Assembly (NCBI RefSeq): GCF_006345805.1
Contig: NW_021834580.1
Span: forward strand, 3,478-67,477
Length of the DNA: 64,000 nucleotides
Origin: Octopus sinensis
Taxonomy: Eukaryota
Reading direction: 5' to 3'
Part shown: positions 1 to 12,984 of the stretch, one piece after another
Layout: every line of letters starts with the position of its first letter
Numbering within the stretch: position 1 is the stretch's first letter
Program-made: the position numbers and the translations under genes
Notes under the pieces: model-generated
What the model was told of the DNA's origin: nothing
Seen by the model: the letters and a program-made list of their open reading frames with translations, nothing else
Database searches by the model: none

Positions 1-94
1 GCAGGCCGGCGAAAGCCTTGTGAGTGGATTTGGTAGACGGAAATTGAAAGAAGTCCGTCGTATATATATATATCTTTTTCTCTCCTTTTTTTCT

Positions 95-282
95 TTCCTT
101 TTTTCTCTCCTATCTTAGCTCCTTTTTTTCTCTTCTTTTTTGTGTCCCTTTCAGTAGAAGAGCGTAGGCTCGAAACGTAAAAGACTTTTTCTATTCCTGA
201 GCGTTATACTAATATATCTGTTTGTTTTGTACACCACCTATCTTTATCTTTTGTTTTTTTCGTAAACTCTCCCTATATATAT
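95..282 (+). mobile_element. Penelope-tail-like short repeat (family E) with variant minimal hammerhead; other copies at 12515-12668, 37370-37505, 61752-61868 (+) and 61955-62100 (-)
   Basis: The copies share a consensus AGAGCGTAGGCTCGAAACGTAAAAGACTTTTTCTATTCCTGAGCGTTATACTAATACATCTG. Confidence 0.65.
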
Positions 283-592
283 AGGGCTAAACACAGAGGG
301 GACAAACAAGGACAGACAAGCGGATTAAGTCGATTACTTCGACCCCAGTGCGTAACTGGTACTTAATTTATCGACCTCGAAAGGATGAAAGGCAAAGTCA
401 ACTTCGGCGGAATTTGAACTCATAACGTAACGGCAGACGAAATACGGCTAAGCATTTCGCCCGGCGTCCTAACGTTTCTGCCAGCTTGCCGCCTTTATAT
501 ATATATATAATATATATATTATATATATTATATATATATATATTGTTATTATTGTTATTATTGTTATTATTATCGTTATTATTATAATTATA

Positions 593-628
<36 letters not shown>

Positions 629-666
629 CATTATCGTTATTATTGTTATTATTATCGTTATTATTG

Positions 667-698
<32 letters not shown>

Positions 699-721
699 AT
701 CATCAATCATGTTTTTAACAG

Positions 722-775
722 TTTTATGAGGATGTCTGCTACTGCATCAGCAGGTGCTTCTCCGTAATTCCTAAG
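722..775 (+). CDS. Candidate 54-bp phase-0 exon
   Basis: Acceptor GTTTTTAACAG, donor AAG|GTGTGT, and a single open frame FYEDVCYCISRCFSVIPK. Confidence 0.2.
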
Positions 776-1324
776 GTGTGTGCAACTTTGTTTTCGAAGA
801 ACGCAGCAGCTTGTTTGTGTACAGCAGATGTTATGCTTCCTTGACGGATTTATCGTTGTTGTAGTTGTTGTTGTTGTTACTGTTGTTATCGTTGTTGTTG
901 TTGTTGTTGTTGTTGTTGTTCATGTTGTTGCTTTTACTGTTATTGTTATATCCGAAGTTTATTTCGGTGTTTCATCTTTGCTGTTATTAGTATGTCAGTG
1001 TGGGGAGTGTTATAGTATTGCGCGGTAAATTCTATAGAATGTGAGTTACGCGAGTTCTTGGTATAAAATAGTAATGCTAAACCAATTATGTAAGACTATA
1101 TATTATGACATTGTATTAGGTGATGCCTGTGTGGCAAGTGTCTTGTGCCTGATGTGATATATCGCTTGGTGGTGGTGATTCTGCAGGTCAGTGACTCTCA
1201 ACCGTCGAGCTGCGGACCAGTACTGGACCGTAGATAATTGGCAAACTAGGCTGCACAGAAAGGATATACAGTTTTTGATTTTATTTCAATTTTTTCTGCT
1301 ATCGTGTTTGCAAAATGTTTTTGC

Positions 1325-1397
<73 letters not shown>

Positions 1398-1414
1398 ATA
1401 TACTCTCTTTAATC

Positions 1415-1814
1415 TCTCTTTTACTTGTTTCAGTCATTTGACTGCGGCCATGCTGGGGCACCGCCTTTAGTCGAGCAAATCGACCCCGGGACTTATTCTT
1501 TGTAAGCCCAGTACTTATTCTATCGGTCTCTTTTGCCGAACCGCTAAGTGACGGGGACATACACACACCAGCATCGGTTGTCAAGCAATGCTAGGGGGAC
1601 AAACACAGACACATAAACATATACACACATGCATATATATATACATATATTCGACAGGCTTCTTTCAGTTTCCGTCTACCAAATCTACTCACAAGGCATT
1701 GGTCGGCCCGGGGCTATAGCAGAAGACACTTGCCCAAGATGCCACGCAGTGGGACTGAACCCGGAACCATGTGGTTGGTTAGCAAGCTACTTACCACACA
1801 GTCACTCCTGCACC
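1415..1814 (-). mobile_element. tRNA-derived SINE family A (probably octopus OK-type); further copies at 7253-7678, 19333-19722, 21664-22030, 23537-23950, 26008-26280, 39935-40375, 45362-45755, 50633-50997, 57350-57765, 63886-64000 (+) and 20975-21431, 26399-26803 (-)
   Basis: Head GGCGCAGGAGTGGCTGTGTGGTAAG...GGTTCAGTCCC (A/B boxes), internal (TA)n(TG)n and tail (GTAAAAGA)n. The family name is recalled, not verified. Confidence 0.9.
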
Positions 1815-2020
1815 TATATATATATATGTTTTTTTTTGTTCTTGTTTCAGCTCAGAGCTGCGGCCATGCTGATGCACCGCCGTTAAGGATGAAAGGCAAA
1901 GTCGACCTCGGCAGAATTTGAACTCATAATGTAACGGCAGATGAAACACCGCTAAGCATTTTGCCTAGCGTTCAAACGATTCGCCAGCTCGCCGCCTTCA
2001 TGTATTTATATAATATATAT

Positions 2021-2092
<72 letters not shown>

Positions 2093-2797
2093 CAGGCAAA
2101 AATAACAGCCTTTGTGTTCATATGTGTGTGTGGTGTGTATACATGATACACATCAAGGTGCAGAAATGACTTATTCCGAATGACCAAGGTAATGTAATCC
2201 GATGGTAGAAAGAATTCCGCGAATTAGGTCCTCCAAAGTCACTCACAAGGCCGGGGGTCCGTGTGACCGTGTGGTAAATAGTAAATCCAAAACAAAAAAC
2301 GAAGAACAAACACAAAAAAAAACAACGTGAGGACATGATATATGTAAAGTATTAGCAGATGCTCAGGGAAGGAAGGGAAGATAGTTTGACGCTTCGAGCA
2401 AAGCTCTTCTTCATAAACAGAAAAAAGTCCAATAGAAAAGGAATACGGAGGACGAAAATCGCCAACGATTCACATGTGGTTACATTTTGAAATGACCGGA
2501 AAGGAATGGGTGAAGAAAAAGTTATTACTAAGACAGGAGAGTACAAGAGAGGGAGTATGTGTGTGTATGTTTGGGTATGTGTGTGCGCGCAAGCCTGTGT
2601 GTGTGTGTGTAATAGTATGTGTGTGTGTATGTGTGTGCATGTATTGTGTGTGTGTTGCTTGTGTGGTGTTGGCTGTTTATATGTGTATCTGTGAGTGAAT
2701 TTTGTGTCTCTTAATGTTGTAGGAAGAATTCAGAACGTGGTGTCAGGAGTGGCCGTCCTTTGTGTAGTTTGTATATATATATATATATATATATAAT

Positions 2798-2831
<34 letters not shown>

Positions 2832-2875
2832 ATATGTGTGGTTGTGTGTGTGGGTGTATATATATATATAACATG

Positions 2876-2907
<32 letters not shown>

Positions 2908-3215
2908 TATAGATATACCACATATATATATATATGTATATATATATATAACCCATGCATATATATTATATATATGGATATATGTGTATATATATATATT
3001 ATATATATATATATATATATACATACACTCATGCATGCATATATACATACTTACATGCATACATGCATACAAACATTCATACATACATACATGCATACAT
3101 ACATTCATACATACATACAAACATTCATACATACATACATGCATGCATACATTCATACATACATACACACATACATACATACATACATACATACATACAT
3201 ACATACATACATACA

Positions 3216-3246
<31 letters not shown>

Positions 3247-4028
3247 CCTATATCCACCAATAACTGTCATAGCCGATACTATTATAGATATCAAAATAAC
3301 TATTATAGCTACCAATGCTAATTATTATAACCACCAGTATAAGGAAGACACTGTAAAATTGTAGAATGATGTCTCGGCTGTTTTCCTAATGTATGTCGTT
3401 TTACGTCTACTTCATTGCGTTTTTTTTCATACACTCCATAATTCACCCAACAAATACACATGTTGAATGATACTGGATCATGTAGTTAATATCCAATTAA
3501 CTTGATGGAAATTTTTTTTTTGGAACGAATATTTTGGTTTTCATTTTGATTAACAATTGTTGATAAAAGTCTTCAGACTTAATGTCTCCAGTAGTTTCAG
3601 TCATATCAAAGTGAATACTGGAATAATTCATAAAGTATACACATGGAAGAAAAAAAAGACAGCGGTGCCTAACGTTCATGCGATTTATTACGTTAGATAT
3701 TGGAGTGGACAATATGTTAGAAGTTGTTCTAGCATCCAGCTGTCTGGAGAGACATTGTAGTTTCTATTATTGGCCAGTAGCTGAAGTGACCTTGCCAGGT
3801 CGCAAGCCCGATTAGGTTGTCTGGAGATCCTGGGTTACCAAGACGTCGAAACCCTGCCTCACGCTTCCTCTCATTGGTGCTGTCCATAACAAGGAAGAAC
3901 ATAACATTTGGTACCAGTTTGGTTATGCAATTTGTCAGAAGTTTTGAGTGAAATAGCAAAATTACTTTGGGTTTCCCACTTGCTTTCACTTGATTTCACT
4001 TTGGATTTATTATAAGGTGTACACTTAA

Positions 4029-4260
4029 GGCGGCGAGCTGGCAGAAACGTTAGCACGCCGGGCAAAATGCTTAGCAGTATTTCGTCTCTCGCTACGTTCT
4101 GAGTTCAAATTCCGCCGAGGTCGACTTTGCCTTTCATCCTTTCGGGGTCGATAAATAAAGTACCAGTTACGCACTGGGGTCGATGTAATCTACTTAATCC
4201 CTTTTTCTGTCCTTGTTTGTCCCCTCTATGTTTAGCCCCTTGTGGGCAATAAAGAAATAT
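4029..4260 (+). mobile_element. tRNA-derived SINE family B; further copies at 283-493, 1885-1998, 4615-4848, 20490-20710, 39350-39540, 53745-53972, 53990-54217 (-) and 5765-5960, 7030-7200, 20038-20245, 22368-22570, 39600-39825, 44826-45037, 53480-53700, 61603-61750 (+)
   Basis: GGCGGCGAGCTGGCAGAA...GAGTTCAAATTCC...GCCTTTCATCCTTTCGGGGTCGATAAATTAAGTACCAG. The copy at 44.8 kb has a 15-bp TSD AATTTTAGGAAAATA. Confidence 0.9.
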
Positions 4261-4883
4261 ATAAGGTGTACACTCTTAACTTTTATCACAAAGCTTTGAG
4301 ACTAATAAGTCGTAGTTGGGGGGTGAGGTCAGTACTCTCGATTAAAGACTAAAACCTGCTAACGGGCCGATTCGTTAGACAGTCATGTAGAATGCTCCTT
4401 AGTATTTGTTGTGATCTTCTGCTCTCTCAGTTCAAATACCACTGATGTCAACATTGTTTATTTTCAACTTCACAGAGTTTAAAAAAAAAAAGAATAAAAC
4501 AGTACGAATCCAAAACAGTGCATTGACGGAGCTGCAAAAACGTCGGATTGGATGTCTTGCAGTATTTGTTCCTGCTCTGAAGTCAAATCCTTCAAAGGTC
4601 CACTTGTATTTAATACCTATTTCTTTACTACCCACAAGGGGCTAAACACAGAGAGGACAAACAAGGACAGACAAACGAATTAAGTCGATTATATAGACCC
4701 CAGTGCGTAACTGGTACTTATTTAATCGACCCCGAAAGGATGAAAGGCAAAGTCGACCTCGGCGGAATTTGAACTCAGAACGTAGCGGCAGACGAAATAC
4801 TGCTAAGCATTTCGCCCGGCGTGCTAACGTTTCTGCCAGCTCGCCGCCTTATATTTGTATATACTTGTATTTAATACCATTAC

Positions 4884-4977
4884 CTTGTACTTTGCCTGTC
4901 TGTTGTGGAATCCACTTTATTGCAGGTATTTGGACCAGATCTCCGTTTAAAGAGGGCATCCTCCTGTTTTCTGCTTC
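4884..4977 (-). CDS. Candidate 94-bp internal exon of an unidentified host gene
   Basis: Acceptor GACTTTCTATAG and donor CAAG|GTAATG. Two frames are open (SRKQEDALFKRRSGPNTCNKVDSTTDRQST or EAENRRMPSLNGDLVQIPAIKWIPQQTGKVQ). No repeat was recognised here. Confidence 0.35.
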
Positions 4978-5114
4978 CTATAGAAAGTCATGGAGTCATA
5001 CTAACCTATACTTCTGACTAAATATTTTAAAATACCAGTACTGTAGACCAGAAACAACTGAATTGGATATTTGTATCAAGTTGTTTGATTATATACTGAA
5101 GAACTGATTGAGGT

Positions 5115-5168
<54 letters not shown>

Positions 5169-5323
5169 TCCTTTCTCTCTCTGTATATATATATGTGTGT
5201 GTGTCTTATATTTTACTTGTTTCAATTATTCTATTTTCCTCTTTTGTCGGTCAAGCGGTGGTGCAATAAACACATACAAATACACACACATACACAAATA
5301 TATATATTATATATATATTATAT

Positions 5324-5366
<43 letters not shown>

Positions 5367-6010
5367 AAATAATAATAATATATCATAATAATAATTATAT
5401 ACATACTCCGATTTATGTAAACAATTGACTGAAAAATGATGAACTAACCCAGGCCAGAATCGAACACCCATATCAACGCTAACAAGGCTCGATGCACATC
5501 CGATTGGACCAAATGCTTAATTTTAATTCCTCCATAAATAGTACTGCATCTTGCCTTTCCACCAATCCACGTAGGACGGATAGCTGCAACTACCGATCAG
5601 CGACCGAATGTCCGTTGCATAATTCAATTAACTACTATATCTGCTTTTATTATTATTATTATTATTATTATTATCATCATCATCATCATCATCATCATCA
5701 TTATTATTATTATTATTATTGTTACTATTATTATTGTTGTTGTTGTTGTTATCATGAAAGCAGCGATCTTCAGAATCTTTAGCATGCCGGGCGAAATACT
5801 TAGCGATATTTCGTCTGTCTTCGTGTTCTGAGTTCAAATTCCGCCGAGGTCGACTTTGCCTTTCATCCTTTCGATGTCGACAAATTAAGAACCAGTCAAG
5901 TACTGGGGTGGATGTGATTGATTGTTCCTCTCCCCACAAAAATCCAGGCCTTGTGCCTTTCAAAGAAAGGATTATTATTATTATTATCATCATCATCATC
6001 ATCATCGTCG

Positions 6011-6074
<64 letters not shown>

Positions 6075-6747
6075 TGTTATTATCATCAAGGATTAAGAGA
6101 GCTTCATGTACCATGAAAGTGACTCGAGTATAAATATACAAAGCCCAATATACCCATCATGACCATATGTCTGATCAGGGTACACCATGCACGTGCCCAC
6201 AACCATATGTGCGCGACATGGTGGTCTTATATCTAGATAAACAGTGCATGACTTTGCAAGTAGGGTTCAGTCATAATTTTCCTCAGGTTGAGTATCCCAT
6301 CCCGATCAAAAGGTCCCTGAATAGGGTTTGTTTTAGGATGATGAACGAAACACCCATGTTTCCAGAGGTGCATTACTCAAACTCCAAAAGATTCCTTTCA
6401 ACACATAGCTATGGTGCTCTCCCCAACTACTTCTGCTCATGATCAGAGATGCACATATCGTCAGCCACTAAGGGACATGCTCAACTGGATAAGGTCAAAC
6501 AGCTGCCAAACAAATCTGTAGTATTGAGCAGAATATTTGCAGTAGCTCATCTTTTACACCAAAACAAAGTATGTACATGATAACACTTCCAATCAGAGAA
6601 AAATCAAAAGTCATGAGAGCCACTGGTACTACATCAGGTTATATTATTATTATTATTATTATTATTTTATTATTATTATTATTTTATTATTATTATTATT
6701 ATTATATTATCATGGTCATCATCTTCATCATCATCACCACCACCACC

Positions 6748-6781
<34 letters not shown>

Positions 6782-6903
6782 TCATCATTATTATTATTAT
6801 TATATTATTATTATTATTATCATCATCATCATCATCTTCAACATCACCACCACCACCACCACCATCATCTTCATCATTATCATCATCATCATCATCATCA
6901 TCA

Positions 6904-6949
<46 letters not shown>

Positions 6950-9000
6950 CATTATTATCAGCAGCAGCATAAGCATTATCTTCATCATCATCATCACCCT
7001 CATTGGCGAGATGGGAAAAATCATTAGTTCGCCGGACAAAATGCCAGGCAGCATTTCGTCTGCCTTTACGTTCTGAGGTCGACTTAGCCGTTCCTTTTTT
7101 TGGGGATCAATAAAATAAGTGTCAGTTGAGCACTGGGGTCGATGCAATCGAATTACCCCTCCTCCACCAAAATTTCTTTCCTGGTGCCAAATTTTGAAAC
7201 CATTGTTATTTTTTTTCAATTTTCTTATCATCATCACCATTATCTTCAACTAGGCGCAGGAGTGGCTGTGTGGTAAGTAGCTTGCTAACCAACCACACGG
7301 TTGCGGGTTCAGTCCCACTGCGTGGCATCTTGGGCAAGTGTCTTCTGCTATAGCCCCGGGCCGACCAATGCCTTGTGAGTGGATTTGGTAGATGGAAACT
7401 GAAAGAAGCCCGTCGTATATATATATATATATATGTGTGTGTGAGTATGTGTGTGTGTGTGTTTGTGTGTCTGTGTTTGTCCCCCTAGCATTGCTTGACA
7501 ACCGATGCTGGTGTGTTTACGTCTCCGTCACTTAGCGGTTCGGCAAAAGAGACCGATAGAATAAGTACTGGGCATACAAAGAATAAGTCCCGGGGTCGAT
7601 TTGATCGACTAAAGGCGGTGCTCCAGCATGGCCGCAGTCAAATGACTGAAACAAGTAAAAGAGTAAAAGAGTAAAGAGTATCTTCTTCATCATCATCATC
7701 AACATCATCTTTATCATCAACATCATCATTGTTATCTGTTTTAAATAATTAAAAATTTTGAGAGAATTTGTCAAGTAATGTTGCCGTCATTAAGCTTAAG
7801 AGTGTGTAAGACAACTCAAGAAATGATTTTTTACATAAATTTATAGCAAAAAAAGTGAATTTAAATATGAAAATTTAAAAGGATAGGTTTTATGCAATGG
7901 AATCAGAGACGTTGTTATACAAGCTGTTTGGCATCAAAAGGAAACACCAGCAACTATCTGCAGACAGCATCGAGACTGCGAAAAGACGAAAAGTATTTAA
8001 AAGGAATTGTATATATATACTCTATTTACTAAGTTGCCAAATGTTAGCTGCAACGAATGAATACAGAAATATCCACACCCGATTTGGCAGACATGTAAAA
8101 TAGAAACTCTGCCAAATTTACAACTTTGGCAGAGAAACCAGATGTTACAGACATGGATATTGATACAGAATTAAGGGAATATTATAAGGTAAAATATTGG
8201 TTCGGTAAATAAATGCCATGCATTTAAATATTTTATAAATAACACTAAATTATGTGAAATGGGTTGAATTGGCTTAAATGCTTATCAGTAATATATTCTT
8301 GCTATTTACGCCTATATCATCAATGTTAGCCGATGTAAGAACTATGAAAATATGTGACCTCATTTTTTTTATAATGTTAAAGACAAAGTGTGTAGTCGTA
8401 GAAGAGTTTTTAAACTAGGGATCGTCGGACCGGCGTAAATTACTCCAAGTGGGGTAAAAATGAAATTCTTGCGGGTAATGAGGACTCATTAGACATATAA
8501 AATTATATTTAAAAAAAACGCGTCCTTTGTTACGACAGAATTTTTTTCTTCTGGCAACACTGCATCTGCCCAATGTAATGGGGATGGAAGCACTCCGTCG
8601 GTTACGACGATGAGGGTTCCGGTTGATCCGAATCAACGAAACAGCCTGCTCGGGAAATTAACGTGTAAGTGGCTGAGCACTCCACAGACACGTGTACCCT
8701 TAACGTAGTTCTCGGGGATATTCAGTGTGACACAGAGAGTGACAAGGCCGGCCCCTTGAAATACAGGTACAACAGAAACAGGAAGTAAGAGTGAGAGAAA
8801 GTTGTGGTGAAAGAGTACAGCAGGGATCACCACCATCCCCTGCCGGAGCCTCGTGGAACTTTTAGGTGTTTTCGCTCAATAAACACTCACAACGCCCGGT
8901 CTGGGAATCGAAACCGCGATCCTATGACCGCGAATCCGCTGCCCTAACCACTGGGCCATTGCGCCTCCACGCCTAATGTAATAGTCGTGTTTAGAAGACA

Positions 9001-9245
9001 TTTTTGGATGTTAATTGCTGCAAAGGCTTTCAGAATTACACATGAGGAGGCAGTCAAAATGTTGCGCTGACTTTTGCAACAACCTACCTTTGCGAACAAT
9101 GGTTTTCCACTTTAATGAACATAAAAAGAAAGCAGAGAAATCGATTGAACCCCGAAGACTGTATCCAAAGTGCTCTGGCATCAAAATGCCCCCAATTTTG
9201 ATGAAATTGTAACAAAAATGAAACATCATTTCTCCAAAACCTGAA
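9001..9245 (+). pseudogene. hAT (Charlie/Buster-like) transposase C-terminal dimerisation-domain fragment
   Basis: The frameshifted translation FWMLIAAKAF...HEEAVK / TTYLCEQWFSTLMNIKRKQRNRLNPEDCIQSAL / PNFDEIV fits the TYLCE.GFS....K.K.RNRL pattern. Confidence 0.75.
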
Positions 9246-9299
9246 TTGAAATAGTTTCTAGAAAAATCCTTTTGTTTCATAATGCCGATATTAATCTAT

Positions 9300-9434
9300 T
9301 TTATCGCATTTACATTATTTACATTTGACGGGTATTTGTCCTCATCTTATTTGTTATTAACACAACGTTTCGGCTTCATCAGGTGTCTTGGGGAAATTTC
9401 GAACCTGGGTTCTCATTCCTAAGGTATTTTTCGA

Positions 9435-9476
<42 letters not shown>

Positions 9477-9480
9477 CAGG
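9300..9480 (-). mobile_element. Penelope-like 3' terminus with collapsed hammerhead
   Basis: Minus strand CACCTGATGAAGCCGAAACGTTGTG has core halves with stem II largely lost, and it abuts (ATT)n. Confidence 0.5.
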
Positions 9481-9709
9481 TCACTGCCAGGAATCGAACT
9501 CGGAATCTTGGGGTTAAAAGGTCACTCTATTCAGTTGAACAATTGGTAATGAGATGTATAGTCATCAAAATAACTTATTGTCCCTTTAGTAAATAGTGAC
9601 AAATATAACGTATTTTCCAGGTGGCATATTTTAATGTTTGAGTTTCATTCTTCCTGTTGATTTAAATTGTGTCATACTTATTGTAAATAAAATAATAAAT
9701 AAATTCGCC

Positions 9710-9950
9710 CTTTTAAAGCCTAGCCAAGCTCATGGGCCCGGTTTCCCGGTTGCTATGGCGTATGTGTTCCCCAGCTGGACGGGACGCCAGTCCATCGCAG
9801 CGTTACTCATTTTTGCCAGCTGAGTGGACTGGAGCAACGTGAAATGAAGTGTTTTGTTCAAGAACACAACGCGTCGTGCGGTCCAGGAATCGAAACCACA
9901 ATCTTACGATCATGATGCTGACACTCTAACCACTAAGCCACGCGCCTCCA
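9710..9950 (-). mobile_element. tRNA-derived SINE family D (CORE-like middle); further copies at 32600-32863, 58000-58312 and a split copy at 50575-51085 (-)
   Basis: Minus-strand head TGGAGGCGCGTGGCTTAGTGG...GGTTTCGATTCC followed by GTGTTCTTGA.CAAAACACTTCATTTCACGTTGCTCCAGTCCACTCAGCTGG. Confidence 0.82.
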
Positions 9951-10267
9951 CACTTATTGTAAATACATCGCGAAAAAGCAAATTTACTGAGGTGTTCGTC
10001 TAGAGAGAATATCTCTTATGGACGTGCTATCCACAATTCACATCAGAAGCAGGTGAAAATCGCACAGCGCCACCAGTGAGAATGCTAGATTCCCATTTTT
10101 CTATCGTCGGGCATTGTCATCAGCCTTTACTCACAACCTGTCGCTACTGATATAGGAAAACAGTGAATGAACAACCACTGGGATTGCAAATAGCCGCCTC
10201 GTTGAATAAAAGTCCCTTATATGCAACAGAAGCAATATTAGGTTTAAACAGCCAGCTGCGTATCATA

Positions 10268-10670
10268 TCTTTATATATAAAAGAGAGGTTGTGTCTGTCT
10301 CCTACGATTTAGATTCCTAACTACTCCCACATTTTGCGGTGCAGTTTAACCAAAACCGGGTATCTTATAGTCGTGATTCATATCGAGCCCTTCTGGGTAT
10401 TAGCGCGCGTCTACGATGAGTCTACGATGAGTCTACGATTTAAAAAAATTACCATCATTTTTTTCCATTTTAATGCATTTTTTCGCTGTTATATAAGGGC
10501 AGTAACTCTCTAAAAATGTCTACGATGAGTCAACGATTTTAAAAAAAATTACCATCATTTTTTTTTCCATTTTTAATGCATTTTTTGCTATTTTTTGGCT
10601 ATAACTCTCTAAAAATGCTTATATAGTTATTTCCCTTACAAACCCGAGCAACGCCGGGCGATACTGCTAG
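10268..10670 (+). mobile_element. Non-autonomous Helitron
   Basis: 5' A|TC start and 3' CTAG|T end, with a GC hairpin CCCGAGCAACGCCGGG (10643-10658) just upstream of the end. There is an internal ~90-bp duplication. Confidence 0.82.
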
Positions 10671-11114
10671 TCTAATATAAACACACCGCAAAAATGCAAA
10701 TTTACTGCTATACTTGTATGAAGATAATAACACTTATGGACATGTTTTTTCATCCAGAGAGATGAAAGGCAAAGATGACCTTGGCAGGATTTCAACTTAG
10801 TACGAAAAGAATCAGAAGAAACACTGCAAGGAGCTTTGCCTGACGTTTTAACGATTCTGCCAGCTCGCTGATTAAAATCAGTGGATTAAGTGTAATAACT
10901 GACATTTGGTAGCGACGTGTAAAGGAGGAGATAATAGCATTCGACTCACATAATATGTAGATATTTATCTATGTCGACATGTGTATGAGTATTTGTGTTA
11001 CTGTTGTAGGAGAGGTGGTGATTGTTGTTGATGTTGTTGTTATTTGAATTCATCTCTACTTTGAGCGAACCGACCAATGATTAAAAATGCTCCCACCTTG
11101 ATGATTGTCAAGTT

Positions 11115-11155
<41 letters not shown>

Positions 11156-11307
11156 GTGTGTGTGTGTGTGTGGTGTGTGTGCGTGCGTGCGTGCATGCCT
11201 GTATATGCCTATACATAGGGACACACGCAAACACACATCCACACACGCATACATGAACACGCGCAAACACACACACACACATAGACAGACAGAGAGATAG
11301 ATAGATT

Positions 11308-11390
<83 letters not shown>

Positions 11391-11437
11391 GATGGATGGA
11401 TAGATAGATAGATACATACATACATACATACATACCT

Positions 11438-12418
11438 ATCCGGGTGTAGGAGGTTTATCCGGGACTTTTTGAAGGAATTTCTCGAGGGACTTCTTGAACC
11501 TTATGGGATCTGTTTCCACTTCAATGTGTTTTGGTGTAATGCTAAAGCGATCGGGGCCAATTAAGGTGGAATAATTGTGCGGTATTGTAATTATATGATA
11601 CGAGTATGATCTACGCTGTGGGCGGATAGCACGGGGTCTATGTCATAGATGTATCTTAAAGACGATGCCAACATCATTTGGGCAATGCTGATGGAATATT
11701 TTCTACATCATTCAGATGATGTAGCGCTCACGGCGGCGTCGGAAGGAATAAAGCTTGAGCTTTTCTTGTCAACCCCAATGGTCAAGGCCTGTCATGCCAT
11801 CTATCTTTTTTGTAATGACCTTTGAGATGCTTCAATTTTCATGATATTGTATTTCGTGTGGGGAGACCACAGTGGACAACAGTATTCAAGGTGGGGTCGG
11901 GCAAAAGTAGAGAAGAGAAGAATAATGGTGTGGATATCTCCCGACTGGAAAGTTCTGAGAATCCAGGAATACATTCTGCGGGCCATGTCAACTTTGCATT
12001 TTACAAGAGCGGCCCTACTTATGTTGTACACAATTACTCCCTAGTTTCTAATGCTGTTGGATGCCATGAGAGTTTCACCTGAATGAAGGGAGTATGGGAG
12101 TTTCAGGGTATCCTCATTTCTGAAGTGGATTAACTCAAGTTTGTCCTCGTTCTGCAGCATATTATTCTTTTCCGCCCATTTGATGACAGCCAGAAAATCT
12201 GACTGAAAGCATGCCCGGTCACCCACTTCATTGATGACCTTCTGGATCTTGGAATCATCTGCAAAGATTCTAACGTTACTGTGCAGTATTGTCATTGATA
12301 TAGATATGAGGAAAAGAAGTGCCTTGTGGAACACCACGACTGACTTTGACTGGGCTTGATTTTACTCCTTCGACTACAGTGTGTTGGTTCTGCCTGTCAG
12401 GAAACACTTGATCCATTG
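11438..12418 (-). mobile_element. Second, more decayed 3' fragment of the same CR1-type family
   Basis: RGVPQGT, FADDSK and RPHLEYCCPLWSPH motifs. The 3' UTR segment matches 12836-12990. Confidence 0.9.
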
Positions 12419-12422
12419 TATG

Positions 12423-12479
<57 letters not shown>

Positions 12480-12984
12480 ATGTATATATGTATATATGTA
12501 TGATAGATCGTTAGCCACTACACACATTTTTTTCTCTCCTTGTTTTTTCTGTGTCCCTTTCTGTAGAAGAGCGTAGGCTCGAAACGTAAAAGACTTTTTC
12601 TATTCCTGAGCGTTATACTAATACATCTGTGTTTTGTACACCACCTGTCATCGTAAACTCTCCCTATCTACATTATATATATATATATATATATACTTTG
12701 ATACTTTGATACTTTGATAGGTTTCGGCCATTATTGGCCCAGGCCATGTCTAACTTAATAGCACCACCTGGTGAAGTCTTTCAAGTCAGAATTTGGGCAC
12801 TATGGCCCACTCAAGTAGAGAGTTATTGTTTACAGAGACATATCCGGGTGTAGGGGGTTTATCCGGGATTTCTTGAAGGAATCTGTCCAAAGACTTCTTG
12901 AACCCTATAGGGTCAGTTTCTGTTTTGGTGTAATGTTAAAGAGAGCGGGGCCAATTGAGGTGAAATAATTGTGCCGTATTGTTG

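Noticed and set aside
3729-3989. 86-aa ORF / possible RTE-type LINE C-terminus (LLWTAP...LLANNR)
   Set aside because: The resemblance is too weak and needs several frame shifts, so it is left uncalled.
8633-8836. Recurrent near-identical small ORFs (MVVIPAVLFHHNF..., MSSNARGTNTDTQ..., MRNWYLIYRPRKDE...)
   Set aside because: They recur only because they fall within SINE copies; there is no evidence of a protein family.
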